From: an archaeon
Lineage (GTDB): Archaea > Thermoproteota > Nitrososphaeria > Nitrososphaerales > JACAEJ01
Direction of reading: 5' to 3'
Assembly: GCA_024256285.1 (NCBI GenBank)
Contig: JACGUG010000001.1
Location: 93,771 to 157,770 of the forward strand
DNA length: 64,000 nt
A program made the position numbers and the translations under genes. The notes beneath the pieces were generated by a model that worked only from the letters and a program-made list of their open reading frames with translations, searched no databases and was not told the DNA's origin. Of this stretch, positions 39,835 through 49,381 are shown piece by piece. The number at the start of each line of letters is the position of its first letter. Position 1 is the first letter of the stretch.

Positions 39835-41244
39835 ATGAATATGGCTACTTCGGTCAAAGATATATACGGTCTTGCATATAAAGGAGTTAAAGAGGTAAGA
39901 GGCTCCCTTCTTGTTGTTGAAGATGTAAAGGACATAGCGTATGATGAAATAGTTAAGATAAGGGCTCCAGATGGCATAGATAGAACGGGTAGAGTCTTAG
40001 ATGTAAGCAAAAACGTGGCAGTTATACAGGTCTTCGGTGGGGAGATGGGCCTTCAAGCTGAAAGCATAATAAAATTTACAGGTTCATCTATGAAAATACC
40101 CCTATCTGACGAAGTCATGGGCAGAATGTTTGATGGGCTATTCGAACCTATCGATAAGATGCCTCCCATCTCTTCAGACGATGTGAGAGATGTCAATGGA
40201 TCACCAATAAATCCGAAGGCAAGGATCTACCCGAACAACTTTATCCAGACAGGGATATCTACCATCGACGGATGTCTCTCACTTGTCAGGGGACAGAAGC
40301 TACCCCTCTTCTCTGAAAGTGGTCTACCACATAATAGGATCTTAGCTCAAATAGCAAGGCAGGCAACAGTAAGGGGAGAGGCAGAGGAGTTCGCTCTTGT
40401 ATTTTCAGCCATGGGCCTGAAACATGAAGAAGCTCAATACTTTTTAGATCAGTTCGAGAGGTTTGGCGTTACAGAAAGATCGGTTGTAGTAATGAACCTA
40501 GCCGACGATCCAGCCATCGAGAGGCTTATCACACCAAGAATAGCCCTTACAGTTGCAGAGTATCTTGCCTTTGACCTCAACATGCACGTTCTTGCCATCC
40601 TCAGTGACATGACCAACTATGCAGAAAGCTTAAGGGAGATGAGCGCTGCTAGAGAAGAGATACCTGGAAAAGGGGGATATCCAGGATATCTATACAGTGA
40701 CCTTGCATCCGTATATGAGAGAGCAGGCATAATAGAAGGTAGAAAAGGATCTTTAACACAGATGCCCATCCTTACAATGCCAGGTGGAGACCTTCGCCAC
40801 CCCATTCCAGACCTATCCGGCTACATAACAGAAGGCCAAGTAATTCTCGATAAAACTCTTAATGCTCGAGATATATATCCTCCTATAAACATCCTTCCAT
40901 CCTTGAGCAGATTGATGAGAAAAGGTATAGGCGTAGGCAAAACTAGAGAGGATCATGGGGGCGTCTCAGATCAGCTTTACGATGCTTACTCAAGGGGCAT
41001 GAGGGCGAGAGACCTTGCCAGAATTGTAGGGGAGATGGGTCTAAGCGACCGTGAAAGGAGATTCCTCCTCTTCGCAGATGAGTTTGAAAAGAAATTTGTG
41101 AGCCAGGGAGAGTTTGAGAATAGAAGCGTTGAAGAAACCCTCGATATAGCATGGGCCGTTCTTTCGATTCTTCCTGAAGAAGAGCTCGTTAGGATAAAGG
41201 AAGACTATATCAAAACATATCATCCTAAATACAGGAAGATGTAA
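39835..41244 (+). CDS. atpB: A-type ATP synthase subunit B
   Basis: 469 aa with typical B-subunit motifs ([22 protein letters not shown]). Confidence 0.95.
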   Translation: MNMATSVKDIYGLAYKGVKEVRGSLLVVEDVKDIAYDEIVKIRAPDGIDRTGRVLDVSKNVAVIQVFGGEMGLQAESIIKFTGSSMKIPLSDEVMGRMFDGLFEPIDKMPPISSDDVRDVNGSPINPKARIYPNNFIQTGISTIDGCLSLVRGQKLPLFSESGLPHNRILAQIARQATVRGEAEEFALVFSAMGLKHEEAQYFLDQFERFGVTERSVVVMNLADDPAIERLITPRIALTVAEYLAFDLNMHVLAILSDMTNYAESLREMSAAREEIPGKGGYPGYLYSDLASVYERAGIIEGRKGSLTQMPILTMPGGDLRHPIPDLSGYITEGQVILDKTLNARDIYPPINILPSLSRLMRKGIGVGKTREDHGGVSDQLYDAYSRGMRARDLARIVGEMGLSDRERRFLLFADEFEKKFVSQGEFENRSVEETLDIAWAVLSILPEEELVRIKEDYIKTYHPKYRKM

Positions 41245-41275
41245 AACTGGATAAATTGTCAGGGTAGGAATCGAT

Positions 41276-41890
41276 ATGAGCTTTGTGGTAAGGGCGGCTG
41301 CTACAAAAGGAGTACTTCTAAGGCTCAGGGAGCAACTCGGATTTATCGAAAAGGGGAAAGAGATACTGAAGATGAAAAGAGAGCAATTGGCGGGGGAGAT
41401 CAATCGTCTCTTGGCTGAAGTGAAAACAAGGGGAGAGCTAGAGAAGGAGATAATGGAATCTTATGAATATCTTAAAAAAGCCCATTCCATGCTGGGATAT
41501 CAAAATCTACAATCCATGGCCCTCACAGTTAGCCAAATCGATGTGAGTGGTTTGACTTATAGCGTAATGGGTGTGATCGTTCCAGAGTTGCGAATTGAGA
41601 AGGAAACTGATATAAGCAACGTTCCTTCAGGAATAGCTTACGAGGCTGCAGAAAAACTCTCGTCTCTCCTTAGGAGGATCATCAGGCTTGGTGAGAGCGA
41701 GGCAAAGATAGAAAAGCTTGTAGACGAATTCATGTCAACGAACAGAAAGGTAAATGCGTTGGAGCAGATAGTGATACCATCCATAGCAAGTACCATAAGA
41801 TACATTGAAGGAAGGCTCTACGAGGAGATGTTGGAGGAGTTTATAAGGACGAAGCATGTTAGAGAGGTTATCCGAAGGAGAAGGGCATGA
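41276..41890 (+). CDS. atpD: A-type ATP synthase subunit D
   Basis: 204 aa central-stalk coiled-coil protein (TKGVLLRLREQL ... NALEQIVIP). Confidence 0.85.
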   Translation: MSFVVRAAATKGVLLRLREQLGFIEKGKEILKMKREQLAGEINRLLAEVKTRGELEKEIMESYEYLKKAHSMLGYQNLQSMALTVSQIDVSGLTYSVMGVIVPELRIEKETDISNVPSGIAYEAAEKLSSLLRRIIRLGESEAKIEKLVDEFMSTNRKVNALEQIVIPSIASTIRYIEGRLYEEMLEEFIRTKHVREVIRRRRA

Positions 41891-42936
41891 GGTTATTCCC
41901 CTTAAGATCGCCAGGGTTAATCTATATCGTAACTAGAGCCCATGGTCTAAGAACTCACCTCCTCAAGCCCGAGGATATCTCTGTTTTAAGTAAGGCCCCT
42001 GACCTCCCAACCATAGTCGAGGCTCTTTTAAAGGGAGACTACGCTCAAGATGTGAGTGCTATACCTTCTGAAAAGATAAACGCTATAAGCTTAACCAAGA
42101 TATTCTATAAAAAGCTTGCCGATAGATTTTATTTTATTGCCAAAATAACTGGTGGCTCTTTGAGAAAATTCTTTGAAGACTATGCCAAAAGGCTCGAAGT
42201 TGAGAATATCAAAAGAATATTAAGGGTTAAACACGGCAAAGAGACCATAACTGAAGAGGCCCTCATACCTATACCAAGGGAGTATACAACTGTAAACTTT
42301 CCAGCCATGGTCGGAGCAAAGGACTTGGATGAGAGCGTAGGGATTTTGAAGGAGACTATATACGCTCCCCTCATAGATGGGATGGAACTCTACAAGAGAT
42401 ACAACACCACTCTGATCTTTGAGGGATTGTTAGAGAGCTTATACTTTAAAGAGCTATGGCACGATGTAGAAAAACTTCCTGAGAAAGACGATATAAGGGA
42501 TATGATTGGGAAGGAAATGGACCTTAAAAACTTGATTCTAGCTTTGGGGTTGAAGGCAAAGAATCTGCCAGCTGAACTCATCGAAGCATCCCTTATCATG
42601 TCATACTATAAGTTGAAGAAAAGAATAATCTCTGACATAATTCAAGAACGGCCTGAGACGACTTTCGATGTTTTAATGGGAACATACTATTCAAGATATT
42701 TCCAAGGCTTAAGAGACTTTCTTGGGAAGGACATGATAGGTGATGTTGAACACTCGATATTCAACTCTCTCTTTCATGAACACTTGAGAATTATGCGTGA
42801 AAAGCCCCTCAGACTCGTTTTTGTACCAGCCTACCTCTCCTTGTGTGAGTTTGAGGCAAGGAATCTGACAACCGTCACTACGGGGAAACAGCTCGGTCTC
42901 TCGGAAGAGAGGTTAAGAAGCATCTTATTTCTTTGA
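41887..42936 (+). CDS. atpC: A-type ATP synthase subunit C (d-like)
   Basis: 349 aa helical protein. The call rests on its position after atpD and its size. Confidence 0.7.
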   Translation: MRLFPLRSPGLIYIVTRAHGLRTHLLKPEDISVLSKAPDLPTIVEALLKGDYAQDVSAIPSEKINAISLTKIFYKKLADRFYFIAKITGGSLRKFFEDYAKRLEVENIKRILRVKHGKETITEEALIPIPREYTTVNFPAMVGAKDLDESVGILKETIYAPLIDGMELYKRYNTTLIFEGLLESLYFKELWHDVEKLPEKDDIRDMIGKEMDLKNLILALGLKAKNLPAELIEASLIMSYYKLKKRIISDIIQERPETTFDVLMGTYYSRYFQGLRDFLGKDMIGDVEHSIFNSLFHEHLRIMREKPLRLVFVPAYLSLCEFEARNLTTVTTGKQLGLSEERLRSILFL

Positions 42937-42991
42937 ATCTATCCGATAGATTGATAAAAATAAAAAGGCTTTGATCCTTCAAGCATCTAAG

Positions 42992-43348
42992 TTATGCTCC
43001 AAGGACCAGTATGGAGATGATAAGACCGTAGATTGCGATTCCTTCGCCAAGTCCAGCAAGTATCAAAATCCATGTAGCCACGCCAGGTCTTTCAGCTATT
43101 GCTGCTGCACCAGCCGATGCCGCTCCATATACTGCTAAACCTGCTCCTATGCCTGATCCAGACACCGCTAGAGCCGCCGCTATGAACTTCAACCCACTTT
43201 CAGGGGTGACTTCCTGAGCCCTTGCTATAGGTGGGAATAGAAAAAGGGAGATAATGAGTGTGGCGACGTTGAGAAAGATGAAAGATAACATGGCTCTCCT
43301 TGGATTGGAAAAGAATTCGATAATCTTTTTGTTCAGTTTCATCATCAA
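42992..43348 (-). CDS. atpK: A-type ATP synthase proteolipid subunit K (c)
   Basis: Gly/Ala-rich helical hairpin with the ion-binding Glu in LGEGIAIYGL. It has a leader-like N-terminal extension of about 45 aa. Confidence 0.85.
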   Translation of the reverse strand: MMMKLNKKIIEFFSNPRRAMLSFIFLNVATLIISLFLFPPIARAQEVTPESGLKFIAAALAVSGSGIGAGLAVYGAASAGAAAIAERPGVATWILILAGLGEGIAIYGLIISILVLGA

Positions 43349-43363
43349 TCACGAATCCCCTCA

Positions 43364-45361
43364 TTAAGATGCCTTTATATCTTTTTCGAAAGTTACCTTC
43401 AATTTTAGAGGCCTGTAGACCTCACCATCGCCCATATAGAACTTTGTCGAGAATTCATAGTATAGAAGCCTGAGGGACTGAATGCCAACGATGAACCCCT
43501 CTAGAATTATCGCAATAAAGTTCATCAAAAGATACGCTACTATTACTCCAGCCGTTTGTGATAACAGCAGTGCTGAGATACCAAGGGCTGCATGGACCAA
43601 AGCAAAGGCAGCGATACGTATGTATGAAACAGAATTCGCAAGAAGCCCTATGAATAGTTCAATGGCCTCACCAAAACCCTCAAAGATCCTCTCTACCAAA
43701 TGAATCTCACGTTTTTTGAAGATTGAGACCAATAAGGGTGAAAGAAATATCAAGATAAGAGAAGACAGAGATATCGCTACAAAAGGTAAGTTCTCTGGAT
43801 AGAGGAATGCGTTGATGTCGAATCCTGCGCCAATAATGTTGATGGTAAGAATTACACCACTGATGAAGTATATCAGTCCTAAAAGGCCTTTACCATTGAA
43901 GACAGCCTCTACCAATCCCTCCTTTAAGAACTTGTTTACAAAGCCAAAGCCTAACCCTACTATCAACTGTATTACGCCGAAGATCAACGCTATCACTATC
44001 ATCTGGTTGATTCTATTTACATTGGGCTCATGTTCAACTAGAAGGCCAAGAGCTGGCAGGTGTAGAGCCTCTCTTACTTCTTCGAGAAGATGAGATTCAA
44101 AGAGGAAGACTTCTCCATAGAGCAATCCAAAGAATGCACCTGCTGCCCCTGAAACGATCATTATCCAGCCGAGTTTATTTATACTCCGACGACCTATTCC
44201 TAATAACCCTCCCTTTCTACTGATAAAAAATACTCCCAATAATAAAAGGACGATTCCTCCTCCCAAATCTCCAAACATTATCCCATACATAAGGATGAAA
44301 AGTATCATGAATATCGGTGTTGGGTTTATTTCATTATAGTTTGGTATGCCCCTTAAGACTGTGAGTAGCTCGAATTTGGATAAAAATCCTTTATCTCTAA
44401 GTTTGGTTGGGACGACTTCTTCATGCTTTGGCTTCTCAAACTTTAGATACATGACTTTTTCAGTAAGGGCCTCAACTTTATCCTTCAAAACATCCCTCTT
44501 CTCAACAGGAATCCATCCATGAAGCAGGCTAAGGCTCTTAGTCCTAAATAGAGATGATTTGACATCCCTCATAAAGTCTACATAGGGCTTTCTCTCCAAG
44601 ATTTTTTCATGTAGTTTTATCAGTCTTTTATACTGCTCTCGAGTTTCTTCTATATCTGCGTCCATCCTTTTCTTTATGTCTTGTAACGCCAAGGCAGGAT
44701 CTGGGTTGACCCATTCTGGGAACTTCATCTCTTCAAAATTTAAGAGGGTTAGGGCCTTCTCCACGTTTGACTTATAGTCTAAGTTTCCCACCATAACTAC
44801 GAAGGATTCTTTCGGCCTTCCAGGCTTGACTTCATAGACCGTCTCCAAATCTTTTAAGTACTCCTCAAGCAAACCTAGGAAGATGTTTTGAATGAAACCG
44901 ACCTTCACAAAGACGTGTTTGAATTCTCCTATACTATCGAGCCTCATCTTATACATCTTTAAGAATTCAAGATCGTCCATTACACCCTTTAGCTCCTCAT
45001 GCTCCCTCTGAATGTTATCAGATTCTTTGGCTATCTCATCGACCATCTTCCCGTATTCTTCGCTAAACTTTTCTATTTCATCAAGACTTATCTTCAGTCT
45101 TTTCTTTGCTCTCCAGTACTCCTCTTTAGAGCCTAGAAAATTTTCAAGGGATGTTAGAAGGTTCGAGACTCTATCACTGACTCTTAGAAACTTGTCATAG
45201 GTTGGAAGCTCGCTAACTTCCTCGCCTATTTCAACCCTTTCCTTGGTAAGCTGGACTATTCCGAGCCTTCCGATCTCCTCTACAACTTCATCTTCGTAGG
45301 GTCTTGGTATGGCGAGATCGAAACTTATCATTGAGAGGGGTCGTAACACCCTGAACCACAT
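43364..45361 (-). CDS. atpI: A-type ATP synthase subunit I (a)
   Basis: 665 aa with a soluble N-terminal half and a multi-helix C-terminal half containing SYIRIAAFALVHA. Confidence 0.9.
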   Translation of the reverse strand: MWFRVLRPLSMISFDLAIPRPYEDEVVEEIGRLGIVQLTKERVEIGEEVSELPTYDKFLRVSDRVSNLLTSLENFLGSKEEYWRAKKRLKISLDEIEKFSEEYGKMVDEIAKESDNIQREHEELKGVMDDLEFLKMYKMRLDSIGEFKHVFVKVGFIQNIFLGLLEEYLKDLETVYEVKPGRPKESFVVMVGNLDYKSNVEKALTLLNFEEMKFPEWVNPDPALALQDIKKRMDADIEETREQYKRLIKLHEKILERKPYVDFMRDVKSSLFRTKSLSLLHGWIPVEKRDVLKDKVEALTEKVMYLKFEKPKHEEVVPTKLRDKGFLSKFELLTVLRGIPNYNEINPTPIFMILFILMYGIMFGDLGGGIVLLLLGVFFISRKGGLLGIGRRSINKLGWIMIVSGAAGAFFGLLYGEVFLFESHLLEEVREALHLPALGLLVEHEPNVNRINQMIVIALIFGVIQLIVGLGFGFVNKFLKEGLVEAVFNGKGLLGLIYFISGVILTINIIGAGFDINAFLYPENLPFVAISLSSLILIFLSPLLVSIFKKREIHLVERIFEGFGEAIELFIGLLANSVSYIRIAAFALVHAALGISALLLSQTAGVIVAYLLMNFIAIILEGFIVGIQSLRLLYYEFSTKFYMGDGEVYRPLKLKVTFEKDIKAS

Positions 45362-45578
45362 GATCCCCTACAAAAATTGTCTTTAAAAACCTTCTGAAAG
45401 TAGCTTTGTCTATACCCCTGAGGGATTTATAGGTGATTTAAGTTCTATAACTGAGATTGAGATCGTTTACCAAACGAACAGACTCATATTTGTAATGCCT
45501 ACTTCTCGACGAATCCTTTAAACCCTTAAAACCTATATATACTTGAAGTTTTTGCTTCATCTTGCTCCGGTGTAACTC

Positions 45579-45803
45579 ATGAACCGCATAAAACGCATCT
45601 CGATCCAGGTATTGGAGAAGTACGGTGATCTATTCACTGATGACTTCGATAAGAACAAAGCCGTTTTAGGACAGGTGTCTACAGTGAGGTCTAAGCATTT
45701 GAGGAACAAGATCGCTGGATATATTACGAGTCTCAAGAGAAAGGAGGAAGAAGGCGAAGCCGTCCCTGAAGAAGCATCGGAGGATGAAGGCGAATCAGAG
45801 TAA
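45579..45803 (+). CDS. rps17e: ribosomal protein S17e
   Basis: IKRISIQVLEKYGDLFTDDFDKNK...RNKIAGYITS, with an acidic tail. Confidence 0.8.
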   Translation: MNRIKRISIQVLEKYGDLFTDDFDKNKAVLGQVSTVRSKHLRNKIAGYITSLKRKEEEGEAVPEEASEDEGESE

Positions 45804-45863
45804 AAGATGAACTTTATTTAAGCTTAAATTTATGAGGAAACTTCCAATCTTATTCGAGGGAGT

Positions 45864-46112
45864 ATGATCAGAGTTAGAGCCCATGGGCACATAGGAACTG
45901 CTCTGGGTAAGGCAGAATTTGAAATTTATAGGGATGAAATGAAGGTTAAGGAAGTCCTTGAAGTAATCACATCATCTTCAAAGTTAAAAATATCGCCACC
46001 TGCTGTGCTGATCGCTGTTAACGGTGTAGAAATATCTGCTCTAGACCAAGAAGATACTGTTGTAAAGTCGGGCGATGAAATCGTCTTGATACCAGTTTCT
46101 CATGGAGGCTAG
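45864..46112 (+). CDS. MoaD/ThiS-family ubiquitin-like small modifier (SAMP-like)
   Basis: 82 aa. The sequence looks like a beta-grasp fold and ends in a C-terminal diglycine (VSHGG-stop). Confidence 0.7.
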   Translation: MIRVRAHGHIGTALGKAEFEIYRDEMKVKEVLEVITSSSKLKISPPAVLIAVNGVEISALDQEDTVVKSGDEIVLIPVSHGG

Positions 46113-46114
46113 AG

Positions 46115-46654
46115 TTGAAATTCATCAGACTTAACGATAGAACTTCATCGCTCATTTTAGGGATGAAAGGGGTGCATGTCGACGATCCTAAAGAGTTTAT
46201 AGGAAAGCTGAGAGAGGAATTCCCGAGCCTCACTGTTCAGGCTTTAGATGCAGACTTCGTTGCTGGCTTTGAACATCTAAAATCGATCTTACAGCAATCA
46301 TGGATAGCCTTCAACAGAGGCATCTCTTACTCAAAAAAGCTAGATTTAGAGCTTATCGTCAGAGTGGCTTGTGACTCCCAGATAAATAGGGCTCTTAAGA
46401 CTGTAGGGTTGAGATCTGAAACTATGGATCTGGCACTGGTGGCTATAGGTGACCAAAAGAATTTGAAATCCTTTGCTGAAGCTATGATGGGTCTAGGAGA
46501 AATCTCAGACAGTGTCTTAAAGTTGACTCCAAAAAAGGAGACTTTCTTGATGAGGCACCACGGTATATCCCCCAACCTTGTCAAAGCAACAGTAGCTGAT
46601 AAGAACAGATTGGCCATGATCCTCTCTGAGAAGGCAAATCTACTTAGAGTTTAA
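46115..46654 (+). CDS. cgi121: KEOPS complex subunit Cgi121
   Basis: 179 aa. The pattern QALDADFVAGFEHL...ELIVRVACDSQINRAL resembles archaeal Cgi121. Confidence 0.55.
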   Translation: MKFIRLNDRTSSLILGMKGVHVDDPKEFIGKLREEFPSLTVQALDADFVAGFEHLKSILQQSWIAFNRGISYSKKLDLELIVRVACDSQINRALKTVGLRSETMDLALVAIGDQKNLKSFAEAMMGLGEISDSVLKLTPKKETFLMRHHGISPNLVKATVADKNRLAMILSEKANLLRV

Positions 46655-46680
46655 TTTTATTTTATCGTCAAGGCTAAGCC

Positions 46681-47955
46681 TTAGAGCCTTATCTCTTTGA
46701 GGAGCTCCTCCGCCCTATCTATCCTTACCTTCCCCTCCTCAACCATCTTTGCCGCGATTCTATCTATAACCCCCCCCTTTGCACCTGCCATGATCGCTAC
46801 ATTTCTTGCATGAAGCTTCATATGCCCTCTCTGTATCCCTTCAGTTGCCAGAGCTCTTAATGCTGCAAAGTTTTGAGCAAGTCCAACGGCAACCATCACT
46901 TCAGCAAGCTCCACAGCGCTCTTCACACCGAGTATCTTTCTGCAGACCTTCGCTATAGGGTGCACAGCTGTGGCGCCTCCTATCACTCCCACTGCAATGG
47001 GTAGTTCTATCGTTCCCACCAAGTCGCCATCCTCATTCTTCTCCCAAGTCGTCAGGGGCTTGTAATGCCCAGTCCTTGCAGCGTAAGCGTGAGCCCCAAC
47101 CTCTAAAGCCCTTGTATCGTTCCCTGTTGCCAGTGCTACTGCTATGATGCCATTCATTATCCCTTTGTTATGAGTAGCACATCTATAAGGGTCTGCATCA
47201 GCGAAGGCGAAAGCATCCACTACGCCATCCACTACTTCCTCTCCTCCAATTGAATCCTTGTCCATAACTACCTTTGCCCTAGCCAGCCTCTTCGTTGCAA
47301 GGTTGGAGATTATCTTTAACAAAACCTTGCCTTTTGTTACCCTCTCTATAATAGGAGCCACAGCCTCTGCCATGGTATTGACAGCGTTCGCTCCCATAGC
47401 ATCCTTACAATCCACGAACAGCTCTGTGATGACCATGGGCCCCTTGATGGTATCTATGACTTTGACATCTAAGTCCTTTGCACCACCACCTAGAGATACC
47501 AAGATCGGGTCTTGCTCATTCGCTTTGGCTAAGATCTCTTCTTTGACTGACAGTATGCTCATCTTGGAGCCATGGGGGTCTCTTATATCTACAGCCTGTA
47601 TCTGACCTATCATTACAGGTTCCGTACTGTTCGTGAAGAAGCCGCCCTTGACCCTTGCCATCTTTGCTGCATTGCTTGCAGCAGCAACCACCGATGGCTC
47701 TTCTATCGCCATAGGGATCAGGTAATCCTTTCCATTTATGAGAAAATTTGCAGCAATCCCTAAAGGTACTGGCATGGCGCCTATGACATTCTCTATCATC
47801 CTATCTGCCAGCTCTAGCTTTAACCCTCCCATCGATCGGACCAGACTCGCCTCATCATCACTAAGGCCTGAGAATTCCTTAATGATCTCTAACCTATCTT
47901 CTGGACTTAGCTTGTAGAACCCAGAAATTTCTGATGTCCTGCCCATAAAGATCAT
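46681..47955 (-). CDS. hmgA: HMG-CoA reductase, class II type
   Basis: ENVIGAMPVPLGIAANFLINGKDYLIPMAIEEPSVVAAASNAAK and DAMGAN resemble class II (Pseudomonas mevalonii-like) enzymes rather than class I. Confidence 0.85.
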   Translation of the reverse strand: MIFMGRTSEISGFYKLSPEDRLEIIKEFSGLSDDEASLVRSMGGLKLELADRMIENVIGAMPVPLGIAANFLINGKDYLIPMAIEEPSVVAAASNAAKMARVKGGFFTNSTEPVMIGQIQAVDIRDPHGSKMSILSVKEEILAKANEQDPILVSLGGGAKDLDVKVIDTIKGPMVITELFVDCKDAMGANAVNTMAEAVAPIIERVTKGKVLLKIISNLATKRLARAKVVMDKDSIGGEEVVDGVVDAFAFADADPYRCATHNKGIMNGIIAVALATGNDTRALEVGAHAYAARTGHYKPLTTWEKNEDGDLVGTIELPIAVGVIGGATAVHPIAKVCRKILGVKSAVELAEVMVAVGLAQNFAALRALATEGIQRGHMKLHARNVAIMAGAKGGVIDRIAAKMVEEGKVRIDRAEELLKEIRL

Positions 47956-48106
47956 ATGAACAATCTAACTTTAACTATTTATCCAAATCGCTTTAAAGAG
48001 GAAAAAGATGCTCTTACAACCTTCTCCATAAATTTGCAGAACAATTCTTAACATTTAATCAAATATACCAACCTTTATTATTTGAAGAATCATAGGAAGA
48101 AATAGA

Positions 48107-49381
48107 ATGTATGAAGGTGATTATGTGCATAAGTTCGCTCATATCTCGGATGCCCATCTTGGAGCTTTTCGCCATCCTGTTCTGCGTGATCTTGCCTTCC
48201 AAGCCTTCAGTACTGCTCTAGACGAATGCATCAAGAGGGGGGTTGACTTCATCATTGTAAGCGGAGACCTCTTCGATTCGAACATTCCCGACATGGCGAT
48301 CTTGAATGCTGCAGTCAAGAAGATAAAGGAAGCGAAGGATAATGAGATTGAGTTCTACGTTGTCTGTGGTAGCCACGACTTCAGCCATACTCAAAATTCG
48401 ATAATCGACATCCTTGAGAGCGCAGGGCTGTTTTACAAGGTCGACAAAGGCAAATTCATTGACGGCAGACTAAGACTAAAGTTTCATGTGGATGAGAAGA
48501 CCGGTGTAAAGCTCTGTGGCATTTCAGGAAGGAAGTCTGGGATCGAAAAAGAGTACTTTGAGATTTTGGATAGGGAGAGTCTTGAGAAAGAAGATGGTTT
48601 TAAGGTATTCGTCTTTCATGGTGGGATAACAGAATACAAGCCAGAGTTCCTTGCCGAAATCGAATCGATCCCCATCTCTAACCTCCCAAAAGGATTCGAC
48701 TACTATGCTACAGGACATATCCATGAGAATCTTATCGATAGGATGCCTGGCTACGGTTACATAACGTATGCCGGTCCTTTATTTGGAGGGGATTATCGTG
48801 ATCTTGAAAGAAATGCTAAAGGGCAAGAAAGGGGGTTCTATCTCGTCTCCTTTTCAGATGAAGTTGAAAATGTAGAATTCGTTAAAATTTCTGCCTGTGA
48901 TTACGCTCTTATAGAATACGATGCTGATGGGAAGAACGCTCTCAAAATCCAGAGAGACCTCCTCGAACTTGTTGAGAAGACCGATGTCCATGGCAGGCTG
49001 GTGCTATTCAAAGTGAAGGGGGAGATGTCGGGAGGGAAGACCTCGGACATCGATCTTCCACGAATAAGAAAGTTGCTTGAAGAAAAAGGTGCGCTTTATG
49101 TCTTGATGAACTATCATATGCTTGCCTCCAAGGAGTATGCTGGTATCAAGGTCGGTGGAGGAGATGTTCGAGAGATAGAAAGTAAGCTCTTCAAGGAAAA
49201 CATCGGTACAGTCAAGGTAGTCGATCCGAAACTGAAGGGAGAACTCGGAATCAGATTGTCCGTAAAGCTTCTCAATACGCTCAAGCAGGAGAAGAAGGAG
49301 GACGAGACTAAGAGCGATTATGCAGCAAGAATTGTAGGCGATGCCCTGAACACTCTTCAATTGAAGGAGGGGATCGAATGA
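48107..49381 (+). CDS. mre11: Mre11 double-strand break repair nuclease
   Basis: Phosphoesterase motifs ISDAHLG, SGDLFD, GSHD and GHIH. It is coupled to the rad50 gene. Confidence 0.85.
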   Translation: MYEGDYVHKFAHISDAHLGAFRHPVLRDLAFQAFSTALDECIKRGVDFIIVSGDLFDSNIPDMAILNAAVKKIKEAKDNEIEFYVVCGSHDFSHTQNSIIDILESAGLFYKVDKGKFIDGRLRLKFHVDEKTGVKLCGISGRKSGIEKEYFEILDRESLEKEDGFKVFVFHGGITEYKPEFLAEIESIPISNLPKGFDYYATGHIHENLIDRMPGYGYITYAGPLFGGDYRDLERNAKGQERGFYLVSFSDEVENVEFVKISACDYALIEYDADGKNALKIQRDLLELVEKTDVHGRLVLFKVKGEMSGGKTSDIDLPRIRKLLEEKGALYVLMNYHMLASKEYAGIKVGGGDVREIESKLFKENIGTVKVVDPKLKGELGIRLSVKLLNTLKQEKKEDETKSDYAARIVGDALNTLQLKEGIE

